Origin: Octopus bimaculoides | Taxonomy: Eukaryota | Reading direction: 5' to 3' | DNA length: 64,000 nucleotides | NCBI RefSeq assembly: GCF_001194135.2 | Contig: NC_068985.1 | Location: 57,058,944 to 57,122,943, forward strand | Translations under genes and position numbers: made by a program | The notes under the pieces: generated by a model | The model's database searches: none | What the model saw: the letters and a program-made list of their open reading frames with translations, nothing else | What the model was told of the DNA's origin: nothing | Shown here: piece by piece, positions 13,278 through 26,369 of the stretch | How positions within the stretch are numbered: the first letter of the stretch is position 1 | How the letters are laid out: each line of letters opens with the position of its first letter

Positions 13278-13365
13278 ATTTCCCTGAAGAGAAGATTACA
13301 TTTTTAACATCGCCGATTCCTATGGAAGATATAATTTGTAATTCTTCGAAACATATGTTGGAAAT
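13278..13365 (+). ncRNA. Type I hammerhead ribozyme, canonical core
   Basis: ATTTCC-CTGAAGA-GAAGATTACA...TGTAATTCTTC-GAA-ACATATGT-T-GGAAAT: helix I 6 bp, helix II 10 bp with a bulge, palindromic helix III, GUU triplet. Confidence 0.85.
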
Positions 13366-13407
13366 AAAAGTATGCAGTTAACATATGCGTTTTACTCCAT
13401 TCATTAA

Positions 13408-13450
<43 letters not shown>

Positions 13451-15715
13451 TATGTACATATGCTACCATGTACCCATGTAGCCCAGTTTGACACTAATCA
13501 CGGGAACCGGAGTAATTGTGCATACAGTGCACACTTTACTGCCATATATTTGCCTTTACATACTCCCTTTACATACTCCCAGTTTCCTCATCTTTTATAT
13601 GACGTGCAAAAGTACATTTAATTTCTTGAAACCGAAATTCTGACGTTGACTCTCGCTGCACGCTCAAGCATCGCATACGAGATCTATTACCTATACTCAC
13701 TAAACTCATTTGGAAACCTGTTGCAGTGTATTTCATCTCTCAGAGACGCAACCTCTTTGACTTTGTCACCTCACACTATCGCATTTAATTTCAAAACTGT
13801 AACGTAATTGAAGCAACAAGTAACATTACCACCTTGACTCACTCTTTCTCACTCTCTCTCCTTGACAACCACTGTTGCTCTACTATCACTAGTCATTCAC
13901 TTATAATTTCTTGCTTTCAACTGTGTGCGGCACTTGAACCTCCCGTTGAACATTCTTTTGGCTATGAACACTACTTCCCAAGCCCCTTTTAAATCAGTAT
14001 CTTCCAACCAGTGCACACTTTCTGCACTTGTGTTGAAGGAACTCTTACTATTCCATACGCTGCCAGCAAAAGGTTCTCGTAGATTCGTGTTTGTTACCCA
14101 CAAGGTTTTTTTCTTTTGGAGATAAATAAACTACTGCTTCACATGTCCATTAACTCGCACTTTTATAGAGACAAACCTACTTCGCTTTCTTCCCTAAATT
14201 CCCAAAACAAGCACCATCCACTCACACACAACGTAGATAACAAGCCATCTCAGATCCCATGAAGACGGACCTTGAAATATTTCTTTCAAGGGAAATGACA
14301 GTTGTGTGGCATTCAAGGAGAAAATAAGGGAGAAGAAATCATCATCGCACTTCTCATCTCTTAATGACGGACAGCATGCAACAAAAAGTCCATACGATAA
14401 CCCCGATCGATTATTGGGTCATACTCAACCCGATACATTTTCTAGTAAAAGCATTCCTAACGATTGACCCTTCTTTCATTGTCAGAAAAACTATTTCTCA
14501 TCCCAATTATTACAGAAACTTTCTCAAAATTAATGCAATAACTGGTCGCCGGAGTTCAGAAGAGTGAGGGGAGGCTCAGCGAATTTCTAACGTCCAGGGG
14601 AGACCTATACTAGCGTGTTGCTCTCATATGTGATATGGTGTGACTCTTGGAGTGAAAAACATGCTAGAGAATATCCAAATTAGAGACGCCCAACTTACTG
14701 GGAAAACATCGATCCAACATACTTCTGACCCACAAACATGTCCTGTAACCACTACCTAATATACCTCAGTTACAAACGTCTTAACTGCTTGATAGCTGGT
14801 GGACACATTGCACGTCTCCAATTAAGCATTATCGACTTGATCATTTCTTTTCTCGATACCCTTGTATTTAATCATCAATGCGTACTTTGTATTGAGCACA
14901 CAGCTCAGTCCTTATATTTTTTATCTAGAACATTGTCCCCCTGTGTTTTCGCTCCCTCATTGTAATTTCCTCGAGAATATTGAATTTGAAATGTCCAAGA
15001 GCAATATTAATGGGATCAATCTCCACAGCATAAAAGGGCCTAAGGATTCATCTAAGACTCATCATTAAAAATAGTATCGTAAGATATCTGCATCTAAACA
15101 GACCAATACCCACACTCAAACACACCAGCACACACTAATACACACACACGCGGACACACACCCCAACCCACATATACAAACGCATGCATATATGATATCT
15201 GCATACACGCATCTCATAAAAGTCGATATGTTTTCTTGAATTTTCTACTTCATATTATATCATTTATTCCATATCTAAAAACGTTCAAATGAAGACAGCT
15301 GTCATAACATGTGTAACACAACTGTGAGGTTTATTAAACTTTGTTTTCTGAATCATTTTACATGACAATCACTTTTATCAGATAATTAACAGCTAGTTTC
15401 TATATTCCTGTCTTACGTCTATTATCACCTACTGCATATCGTTGTATGTCAATTATAAACGTTTATAATTTTATGGCTTTTACTGTTTTGTTGGAAAAAC
15501 GCTTTCGTCTATAAAAATTCTGCTGCGTATCTGGGTTTTAAGTGGCAGATGCATTGAAGACATTTCGTAAATAATTCTAGATACCTATATATTCCTTTAA
15601 TTAAAAAAGTTTATCGGAAGTTCAGTAAATATTTGTATAGTGTATGTTGAGTGACACTGTATATGCTAATCCACATCATCAACCCTTTGTTTCGCTGGAA
15701 TAGTTTCTCAGTAAA

Positions 15716-16290
15716 TAGAAGGTGCATTTTAGAACTTTTCAAACATTTTCGGGAGCGATATTTATTGATTTGAATAAAATAAAAGAAACACAAATACCTT
15801 TCAAAGTAGGGTCTTCTGATTCCAGTACACGTGTAGCTCTCCAGCGAATTCGTGAAGGCCCCATGGAAGCCCTCCAATTTGGAGGAGTCCAGGACACTCG
15901 TGATGGCTTCCTTCGTCTTCTTTTTCATCTTGGGGAACACCCAATAGTCACAGAGAACAAGATTTGGACGATACGTTGGGTGAAGGACAGTTTCGACGCC
16001 CGTTTCAGTCAAGTATTTGGTTACAAGGATGGAAGTATGGACTGGTGCGTTGTCCTGGTGCAGGTGTTCCGGCCTTTTGCAACGAAATCTCTTTCTGCAC
16101 TCCCTCAAAACCTCTACAATGTACTCTTTGTTGACTGCTGGCTAGAAGGAGCATAGTGTGTGTGTAGATGACACCATTGCTGTCGAAAAAGAGCATCATC
16201 ATGAGATTCTTAGTGGACACCACTTGCCTGGCATTTGTGCCAGCGAAAAACGTGTTCGGCTTATACAAGTCAATTTATAAGCAGCCTGGC
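15716..16290 (-). mobile_element. mariner (DD34D) transposase remnant, C-terminal half
   Basis: MMLFFDSNGVIY, LHQDNAPVHTS and HPTYRPNLVLCDYWVFPKMK match the mariner HDNAP and YSPDLAP.D motifs. Confidence 0.85.
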
Positions 16291-16319
16291 GCATTTCATA
16301 AGTTTCCCTAGCGTTTTAG

Positions 16320-16900
16320 CCGTGGGTGTCCGGTCAATTCGTCGACGGCAATTTTTAGTCGTTTAATCTGTCCCCAGTCGTTGGTCAATTCGTCTCCAGG
16401 TAAATTGGTCAAGATCATAGGAAAAATAGAAAAACGAATATCGGAATTAAAAAAAAGAACATTATCTTAAGGTTCGCTGTATTACATTTATTTTTCCTTA
16501 AAACTTAAGATTGTGTGCAATTGCTTTTAGAAAAATGGTTTTCTGCTTTGGATCATATTTTTCAATGATATTTTCTATACGCAAGTTTATATTTCTGCAT
16601 TTTTTCTTTTGGTTTGATTCTTCTCTTGCATAAACTTCTTCAATTTGGTACTGACAAATCTCACCTAACATTTAATCACATCAATAAGATTTCAAATATT
16701 TGGATGACTAATTTTCATTGTTTTCTAAACTATTTGTAATACTATTTGTCATACATCGATCCCATACATTCCATATAGGTAATTGAAATGGAGGTTCAAG
16801 ATGTCACCTCATCTGTCTTCTTCCTCTAGGTGGTCCTATATAACTATTTTCAAAATAGGATAAAACTGACTGTGATGTACCATCATCATATACAAGTTGT
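16320..16900 (-). mobile_element. Mutator-like (MULE) transposon remnant
   Basis: Minus strand PPFQLPIWNVWDRC...TNS...SHPNI*NLIDVIK resembles the MULE C-terminus (P.FP..LWN...TNN...HPNIW.FI..LK); repeated GGTCAATTCGTC motif at 16333-16405 is consistent with subterminal repeats. Confidence 0.5.
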
Positions 16901-16975
16901 TCATATCCATCTACAACATCATAAACCGGCAGGAAGGCAAGGACAACAAAACACCGCATTTTAAGACTAAAACTG

Positions 16976-17744
16976 TCATCTTCGTGATATCTGCATTTTA
17001 GTCCTTCTTACGTGGGTGAAACTTTCTTTAGCCTGGGGTGCCGGTGTTTTCCCTTTCCCTACGCAGTGTCTTTGGTGCTTGACATTTTTATAGAGAACAT
17101 ATTTCTCGTCAACAGTCATTATTCGGTCCAAAAATGGTTTATTCGTGAGTAACGGCAAAAAATAGCACAAATTCATTCTTTGTGCAGCATTATACTCGGA
17201 AAATTTGTGAGGAACCCATTGACCAAAATTTGCTGACTTTTCCGATGGCACGCATGTGTCGATGAATGATTGAATGACCAGATCCAAGCTTCTCTACTAG
17301 GTGCTCAACAGTTACGATGGGATTTTGTTCCACCAGGGTTTGCAGGACGTCCTCGTCGAGTTTTACAGACCTTCCAGGACGAGGCTCGTCTTCTAGACTT
17401 TAGTTTGCGGCTCAGAATTTCTGGAACCACCATTGACACTGGCTTACACTTATTTTCCCATCCCCATATACTGCGTCAATACTCCTCGCACTTTCTGTTG
17501 CGTTGTTGCTTTATTGAACTCATAAAGCAAAATATGCCGAATATGCTCCTTTGCCACTTCCATTATAGCTTTGATAAAATAACTGTCAAAATCAAACAAC
17601 ACTCTTCAAAACTTGCACTACGAATAAGTAGAAGGTAAAATTAATTCCTGCTTCTATGGCAAGTTGACGCAGGTAGTTTATCCCGTCTCCCTCCGAATTT
17701 TAGTTCATGTAATTGAAAAATCCACATTATTTATGGGATGACCC

Positions 17745-17746
<2 letters not shown>
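16976..17746 (-). mobile_element. mariner transposase remnant, N-terminal half with 5' TIR
   Basis: HTH region KEHIRHIL..EFNK, WVPHKFSE and FLDRIMTVDEKYVLY; TIR-like TTGGGTCATCCCATAAAATAATG ending at 17746. Confidence 0.85.
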
Positions 17747-17824
<78 letters not shown>

Positions 17825-18334
17825 CCGAAGTAAGCACATAAATGTGAAACAAGGTGGAAAAAAGAGTACTTAAATAGCAGAGGTTGNNNNNNNNNNNNNN
17901 NNNNNNNNNNNNNNNNNNNNNNNNNNNNNNNNNNNNNNNNNNNNNNNNNNNNNNNNNNNNNNNNNNNNNNNNNNNNNNNNNNNNNNNNNNNNNNNNNNNN
18001 NNNNNNNNNNNNNNNNNNNNNNNNNNNNNNNNNNNNNNNNNNNNNNNNNNNNNNNNNNNNNNNNNNNNNNNNNNNNNNNNNNNNNNNNNNNNNNNNNNNN
18101 NNNNNNNNNNNNNNNNNNNNNNNNNNNNNNNNNNNNNNNNNNNNNNNNNNNNNNNNNNNNNNNNNNNNNNNNNNNNNNNNNNNNNNNNNNNNNNNNNNNN
18201 NNNNNNNNNNNNNNNNNNNNNNNNNNNNNNNNNNNNNNNNNNNNNNNNNNNNNNNNNNNNNNNNNNNNNNNNNNNNNNNNNNNNNNNNNNNNNNNNNNNN
18301 NNNNNNNNNNNNNNNNNNNNNNNNNNNNNNNNNN

Positions 18335-18407
18335 GTTACGGGGACCTATACCCCCCCCCAATGTTTGTAAAGCAGTGACGAGGGGACAGAGACAGACACA
18401 AAGGCAA

Positions 18408-18415
<8 letters not shown>
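18335..18415 (-). mobile_element. CORE-type SINE internal fragment
   Basis: GTTACGGGGAC...GGGGACAGAGACAGACAC is the reverse complement of the post-microsatellite segment of the 19188 family. Confidence 0.5.
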
Positions 18416-18453
<38 letters not shown>

Positions 18454-19187
18454 ATATGCGTGTGTTTTTGTGTGTATATATGTGTGTAGCTGTGTGTATA
18501 TACATATATACATGTTTATATACACGTATACATATATAGCTCTCAGATTCAATATAAATAGAATTAACAGAAAAATACTCCGTCCAATGAGAGATAAATA
18601 TCAATTTAATAGAGAATTACGGAACAATCACTAATATTTTCATTCTAAAGGATACTATATATAATCCACGCAATGCACCTCCAACAGTTTTATTTCCTTA
18701 ATTGCAAGGAATAATTATCATTGTATTATGTTGGCCAAATACAACAGTGATTAGCATATTGAGGTTCAAAAAATATTTAAGGATCAATATGTTCCTTATT
18801 GTTTCATTCTTGTTGTTCATCGTTTGCATTATGGTTTATTATTAGGTCTGGCAGATATCAGCATGCATCAGTAAACAAACTTTTGCTGATTTCCATAAGC
18901 AAGAGCGAAAATTTCTTATTTAGATTTGTTGATCCGTGGTAACTTCGAGTGAAAATGCACAAGTTAGTCGAAACACTGCTGTTTCTCACAGTTACTTATT
19001 TCAGCAAACAAACATGAACTGTAAGGAGAAGGTAAAGGATACAGAACAGCAATTAGTATACTCACGTTCGAATTACCCGGAACATATGAAGAAAGTATAT
19101 GTATTGTACATCATTGCTTTGATTTTCGCTCTTCTCAGTACACATTGCAGTTTAGTAATATTCAGTCATATTTTTAGAATTAAATTT

Positions 19188-19347
19188 GGGAGTGGCTGTG
19201 TGCTAAGTAGCTTGCTTACCAACCACATGGTTCCGGGTTCAGTCCCACTGTGTGGCACCTTGGGCAAGTGTCTTCTACTATAGCCTCGGGCCGACCAAAG
19301 CCTTGTGAGTGGATTTGGTAGACGGAAACTGAAAGAAGCCCGTCGTA

Positions 19348-19412
<65 letters not shown>

Positions 19413-19645
19413 GTGTGTGTTTGTGTGTGTGTGTGTGTGTGTTTGTGTGTCTGTGTTTGTCCCCCCAACATTGCTTGACAACCGATGCTGGTGTGTTTAC
19501 GTCCCTGTAACTTAGTGGTTCAGTGAAACAGACCGATAGAATAAGTCCTGGGATCGATTTGCTCGATTAAAGGCGGTGCTCCAGCATAGCCGCAGTCAAA
19601 TGACTGAAACAAGTAAAAGACTAAAAGAGTAAAGAGTAAAAGAGA
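19188..19645 (+). mobile_element. Full-length tRNA-derived CORE-type SINE with internal (TA)n/(TG)n
   Basis: A-box-like TGGCTGTGTGCT, B-box-like GGTTCAGTCCC, CORE-like GCACCTTGGGCAAGTG, internal microsatellite at ~19345-19450, (AAAGAGT)n tail. Resembles the octopus OR-type SINEs (family name from recall). Confidence 0.9.
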
Positions 19646-21362
19646 GATTAGTTATCGGTGTTTAATTATTTATCATATTTGAAGTTCACCACCTTAAAAA
19701 TGCTAAAGCGAACTTATATTTTACCAAAAAAGCACATGCCGTTATGTCTATGCGTATTCATCAATGTCATAGTTGTTGCTAATGAGAGAATTGTATGGAA
19801 ATTAAATATGGTGTAGAAATATTTTCTCTTTCAAAATGTGCTACATACAGTTCTGTGGGAGAAATTACTAGAGAATAATAATTAAAACCTAATGAATTTA
19901 CGAATTTTATTATTTTTTCTAATAAAGAAGACAAGATAAACTTTATTGAACAATAACTATCTTGTATTGTGTATAATTATTGAAGAGAAATTAAAAATTC
20001 ATTTATCAGAAAAACTGCTGCTTTGTTTTACGTTCAGAGAAGAAAAAAATCACTCATGCTGATAATTATATAGATGACACGGATTTATTTATTCTACAGT
20101 AAAATATCAGCAAGGAACACAACAACTTTAATGGCAACAATAGAAATAATTATGCCTTTTATTTGATGAAGTAATTTCAGTAAAATGAAGGGAAGTTATT
20201 GTAGCATTAAACATTAGAATAATTCTAAATGCTGGGAAATAGTTATTAATTTTCTCCAACGGACAGCTGGATAACATTGGACAGGTAAATTGCAAATAAA
20301 AACATCGAAAATTTAATGAATATACTCCGGTGCTACATTCATATATATATATATATAATATGAGAAGTTTTGGTATCCAGAAGACCCAAAAGGTAGGCAA
20401 GGTTATGTAAGTGCTACGGGAGGACCGCTGTTAAACTCCAGGTTCATAATAGTATGAGTGAGGAGTCTTGCGGGGGGGGGGCTGTTAGCGTGTATACGTT
20501 AAATAAAATAAGATAACAAGGCCAAGGCAATGTGATATGTCTAGGACATTTATAAAGAAAAAGGTGGTCTTAGATGTTTCAGGGAAATAAATGATATCCC
20601 ATTATTAGAGACGAGTAAAGAGAGATTCAATAGACGGAATTAGTAGAGTTCATTATATAAAAATTATTTTGAAAAGGGAAAGATAGAGAAAGTAAGAAGG
20701 GAAATATGAAGATAAAAATACACGTTGGATGTTGAATTTGATGTTCCGTTATCCAAGGGATGTGCTGCGTAGTATGGGTAAAGCAGCTTCTTGTCCATGG
20801 TGCATAAATTCCGATAGGAGTTCATATGTTGTTATTTCAAATGTATAGTGTGGAGATATTAATTCCGTGTGGTGTTCATTCAAAAGGATCTTGTAGTGTA
20901 AATGAAATTTTGAGACTATACTGGCAGGGGGAAGTAGATAGAGAGAAGAGAGTAGATTAAAATGTTAGAAGAAAGCAAAATGGTATTGGTCAAAAGGATT
21001 AAGAGAGGAAAAAGAAAAGGAAAAGAGAGTGTCAGGTGCTGGTCAAGATATTGTGAGGTGGTGAGAGGTGGAGAGCTATCACTAAATAAAAAAAAAGTGG
21101 GGAGAGTTGCGAAGATGAGATAAGAATGTAAGGAAGGCGTGTGTGAAAATTTGGAGGTGGAGATATGGTTGAAACAGCTCTAAGGCAGAGAGATAGATAA
21201 AGAATGTGGAACAGAGGGGGTACAAAAAGTGAGTAGTGAACCTCGAGAAGGAAGGTGAAGTGGTTGGAATTAAAGTGTGAATATGGAGAAATAATGGTCA
21301 AGTTCCTAAAAATAGAGGTAGGCATATAGATATATGCACGTGCACAAACATAGACATATATA

Positions 21363-22420
21363 CAGGGGTTGGTCAAAATAATGGAAACACCTTAAAATTT
21401 CAAACAATTTTTTTCTAATAAGGGGTAAGACCGCCTCTGGCAGTAATTGCAAACTTGAATTCTACGATCTATGGACTCGTGCAAAATTTGAATTTTTTTG
21501 CAAAGGAATTTTTATGCATTCTTCAGCTAAAACAGTCTTCAGTTCTTGTGATGATGGTGGAAAATATCGACTCCTTACTTGTTTTTCTAAAATGCACCAT
21601 GAATGTTCAATGATATTGAGATCTAGGGACTGTGGTGGCCAATAAGATGTTTAACTTCACTACAACAGTTCCGCAATCATAGGATATATTTGATCAGATA
21701 AAACGCTTAAATAGTCTTGACTATTAATTCTACCATGAATGAAAACCATTGAGCCGGTGGATGTCCAAGATATGGCCCAACAGGTCATCACAGAATCTCC
21801 TCCATGTTTAACAGTTGGAAGAAGGTAGTCTGGGTCAAATGCTTCTTTTGGCTATCTCCACATGCATACTGGGCCGGTGGTCGGAAATAAGATAAAGGAC
21901 GGCTCATTCGAGAAAATAACATTCTTCTGCTCTAGGGAGAATTCTGTAGGTTTTTAATCCACACTAAACTCTTTTCGTGTTTGAAAGGAGTGGTTTTCTG
22001 ATTGCAGCCCTCCCGTGAAATCCGGCTTTGTGCGGCGTCCGGCTAACAGTGTTTGTAGAAACTGGGTTCTCGAGGTGGTCATTAATCTCTGCAGTAATTT
22101 GGGGAGGTGTACTTTTGTGATCCTTTCTAACAATTCGCGTAAGAGTCCGACGGTCCCTATCTGAAAAGTTTGGTTTTCTTCAGGACATTTCTTTCTCTCT
22201 TTCTCAAAGGCTGTCATTACTTTTGAGACAGTCCTTCTTGATACACCAAGCATTCCGGTTGTTTTCGTTACGCTAGCACCTGCCATACGAGCACCAACAA
22301 TTTCACCTGTTTGAAAGTTCGATAGATCTGTCATTTTTATGAATTTTAATTATCTTTTTCTGATAATATCTGAAAAGAAACAGCAATTTTAGCAAAACAT
22401 ATTAAGCAACACTAATAATA
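21363..22420 (-). mobile_element. Tc1-like transposon, decayed
   Basis: TA|CAGGGGTTGGTCAAAATAATGGAAACACC TIR; N-terminus MTDLSNFQTGEIVGARMAGASVTKT; C-terminal WPPQSLDLNIIEHSW. The other TIR is not found (a PLE follows). Confidence 0.88.
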
Positions 22421-22422
22421 AA

Positions 22423-22694
22423 TCAAGAAACATATCTAAAAGAATTGCGATGTGCAGAGTATCTCTGTTTAAAGTTTATAGTTGAACCTCTACATATGCT
22501 TGTGGGATTCTGCAGTGTGTTGAGGACGGTGCATTTGTAAATTACATTAGACCTTTTGCAACGGGTTTGTAGAGGGCATATGGTGCCAAGGCGGCAGGTG
22601 CATGATAGTGCATTGTGGGGATTAATTTCAGGAGTGGAGGAAGTAATACTGTCTAGGGAGAGGTTAATGATAGGGATAAATTGGCCCATGTTGC

Positions 22695-22782
<88 letters not shown>

Positions 22783-23200
22783 TATCCTATCTCTATTTGT
22801 ATAGGTCAGGTTACTAGTATTCTGGTTAGTGTTGCTAGGATTGGTTCTTCGTTATGGTCTAAAGTATCGTGTTCGATTCTGGAGCAATGTATGAGTCGGG
22901 CGCTCATGTATTCAGAATTTCCGTGTATATTATGATAATAGAAAGAAAGTTCTCGTCTATTAAAGGCTGTTCCGATAGACTCAAAGGATAGCTTTAAAGT
23001 AGATCCATTAAAGATAGAGCATTATTTATGATGGCAACGGAAGTTGCAGTCTAATATATTAAAAAAGATTTGGCTAAGTTCTTAATATTTAATGAGAAGG
23101 GAAGTGTATACCATAGAATTGAGCGTCCACCGCTCTTTTTCTTGGTTGCTTAGGGGTAGTATGAGTCGGGAAAGTTTGAATGGTTAAGTTTACAAATCAC
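22423..23200 (-). mobile_element. Penelope-like element 3' fragment: post-RT region, Asn-rich linker, GIY-YIG endonuclease
   Basis: RSILWYTLPFSLNIKNLAKSFFNILD...IFNGSTLKLS, then CTCRLGTICPLQTRC..SNVIYKCTV...GSTINFKQRYSAHRNSF. Confidence 0.85.
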
Positions 23201-24064
23201 AGACTCATCAAAATTAAGCAAAATATATACTCGTTTGACTGGTTTAGAAGAATGAGGAAACGAGAAGAGAAAAGAAAGAATAGAAGTATAAAATATATCA
23301 CTAAGGAGCAAAGATTTTGTTGTCTGATGTTGGAAACATGTTTCCTACTATTTCTGGGATGTTGATTTCAAAGATGAAATCCATTTTTCTCTGTAACGTC
23401 AAAATTTTTCACAAACACAGATGTCCATTTTTCAACAATTCTGGAATTGTCATCATTTCTAGGGTATATTTAACGTCATTAAGTGCGAATCCATGAATAG
23501 GGCTTGACACAACTTTGGAAACAGTTTTTCAATATCATTTAAAGTAAATACAGCTACAAAAGTCAGGATTTAAGTATCTTCAGTAAATAAAAGTATCAAA
23601 TTTGAGCATCTTCCACTATTTTCAACCTAACCAGTTTCAAATGTCTTGATGATGAGAGAAATGGCCTTTATACAATTAGATGTTAAGGAACAATATATTT
23701 TTGTTGTCCTTGAGACCATGCATGTCTCATATTTTCGGCATTTGTCTGCAGATATGCCCACGCTCTCATTAATTTAGTGCGTCTACCATTGCAAACTAGA
23801 TGTGACATTTTGTTGAACTTTTAAATGTTTCTTATGAAAATTGGTACTTTTAATGTGCCTTTAATGTTTTCATTGTGAGGTAACATGGGTCAAGGTCACT
23901 TTTCGTCAAGCTGGTTAAAGGACTGTAAAAAATACTTCATGGTGTGTATGTTCTTTGAGGAACTTTGCCATCATAAATCTGCATTTGCTTACTTTATAAC
24001 TGTTGACTATTCCGAAAATGCTTTTCCTAGGTGAGAGCGGGCTTGAATATGGTTTGTACTTCAG

Positions 24065-25013
24065 AAATATGGCCAGTTGTGAGAGAAGAGAATGTAAAAA
24101 CAGCTCAGATGTCTTCTACTTATTTCTGGATTAGGCAGCAAAACAAAATCACAGATTTTGTGAAGAAGGCTTACCTTACTTCCTTACTTACTCTAGTTTG
24201 AAACTCTGTGACATGACAAATACTGGGCATCCCATATAGTGTGCAAAACGTGTTGAAACACAGACAGTGACTGCTTCAAATACTTAAGCAGAAACTTTCC
24301 AATTTTGTCTAGTAAGAAAATTAAGGTTCGTGTGTTTGATGGGCCACATAACTGGTGGCTATTGCAGGACAAGCTATTGTTTGAGACCATGTCTTACATT
24401 GAAAAAGAAGCATGGAATGCTTTTGCTGCAGTGCTATCTCATTTGCTGAGAAAAAAGAAGCCATCAAATTATGAAGTTCTTGTGCAGACCCTGTTAACCT
24501 GTTTTCGAGCAACATGAGTGTAAGTGTGCATGTATTTCCTGCACAGTCATCTGAACTATTTCCTTGAAAATCATAAGGCAATAAAAAAGAAAATCATAAG
24601 GTAAGGAGAAAAATTCAACCAAGATATCGAAAACATGAGGACTAGGTATGAAGGCAGGTGGAACACGAACATGATGCTGTCTACTGCTTGTCACTGCAAA
24701 GATACTTTCACGATGCAATTCATTCACATAAAGCAGTAATTTATGAAGCAGAAAGTTCATTCCTTGGGTAGCTGATACTCCAGTTTGACAGAAATATTTA
24801 TTCTAAGATGTGTAATCAAACATTAACAATGTAAAGTAATATTTAATTTTAATGGCAAAATTGACATTTTTTGTTAAAACTGAATTCCTGATTAATATAA
24901 AACTTGAAGTGATGGAAAATTCCTCAGGGCATTTTTGAACTCAGCACCATCTAATTAGGGAGGATTAATTGTAAAAAGCAAAAAAACATTTTTTTTTTAA
25001 ATGTTCCCCAGTG
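24065..25013 (+). mobile_element. Chapaev-3-like (CMC) DNA transposon, internally deleted
   Basis: N-terminal MASCERRECKNSSDVF and DKYWASHIVCKTC joined to C-terminal VFDGP...EKEAWNAF...HLNYFLE...GEKFNQDIENMRTRYEGRWN; terminus CAGTG (25009-25013) followed by TAA. Superfamily assignment is from recalled motifs. Confidence 0.65.
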
Positions 25014-25341
25014 TAATTGATCATAATTGTAGACACTCTGCGGGTATTTGTGAATATTCATGAAGGTGTTTCACGTAAAAATCATCGGATTACAATCTGT
25101 GTGATAGCTTGGACATAATAGAGTAAATTACATGGTTATAACCAACTTTTAGACAATCGACTTTTTGTTGGCGAGGGTCGATACAGTAAGAAGAAAAACA
25201 TTTAATGAAAATATTGATGAGATTTGAACCTTTGACTGAAATATATATACATAAAAGAAAACACACACATAGATGTTTTTATATACATATTCATATATGT
25301 ATATTTCTCTATCTCTCTCTTTTTCTTTATACATATATATA

Positions 25342-25600
25342 CAGGTTGAGCCAAAAGTAGCTATACATTTTGAAATTTGTTCATTTTATTACTTTTACAC
25401 TCATTTATTACAATTACATTTATTACAATTACATTTATGAAACACAGTTTAATCTCGTAAATGGTCGAAATGTCCTCTTTCAACATGGGAACATTCATCA
25501 AACGTCCGAGAACACTGTAACACGCAGCACATTATTCACGGTACCTGAAAAAATAAATAAGTTAATTTTATCAGTGTTTGCCTACTTTTAGCCCACCCTG
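25342..25600. mobile_element. Tc1/mariner-type MITE
   Basis: TA|CAGGTTGAGCCAAAAGTAG ... CTACTTTTAGCCCACCCTG|TA imperfect TIRs; 259 bp, non-coding. Confidence 0.75.
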
Positions 25601-25922
25601 TATATATATNNNNNNNNNNNNNNNNNNNNNNNNNNNNNNNNNNNNNNNNNNNNNNNNNNNNNNNNNNNNNNNNNNNNNNNNNNNNNNNNNNNNNNNNNNN
25701 NNNNNNNNNNNNNNNNNNNNNNNNNNNNNNNNNNNNNNNNNNNNNNNNNNNNNNNNNNNNNNNNNNNNNNNNNNNNNNNNNNNNNNNNNNNNNNNNNNNN
25801 NNNNNNNNNNNNNNNNNNNNNNNNNNNNNNNNNNNNNNNNNNNNNNNNNNNNNNNNNNNNNNNNNNNNNNNNNNNNNNNNNNNNNNNNNNNNNNNNNNNN
25901 NNNNNNNNNNNNNNNNNNNNNN

Positions 25923-26059
<137 letters not shown>

Positions 26060-26369
26060 GCATAACGCAAACGTGAAGCTTTTTTGTGCACTTTGCAGAA
26101 AATAAAGATATAACAGTAATAACGTCAGTGAAAAATAAATATTAAGTAAATTGCCTTTGCATATTTATCACTATCAGTTACAAAAGCAAAAACATTTATT
26201 CAAATCCTTCAAATTTAACGTCACTTTCAACATCATTGCTGAAACATGTCAGCACCATTGTAGTGTAAATCTCCGTCATCGTCAGATTCATAGTCAACAT
26301 CATAAGATTCACTTTCATTTATTTCTTCTATCTCTATGTTAATAGAGACGTCTAATGCCTGAAATATGT

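Noticed and set aside
15716-17746. One mariner split in two by the MULE remnant
   Set aside because: The protein halves are roughly contiguous, but the outer ends are not inverted repeats of each other and the motifs look like different subfamilies.
20470-21340. Purine-rich block as a PLE N-terminal region
   Set aside because: Composition resembles the PLE at 22423-23200, but I found no diagnostic motif.
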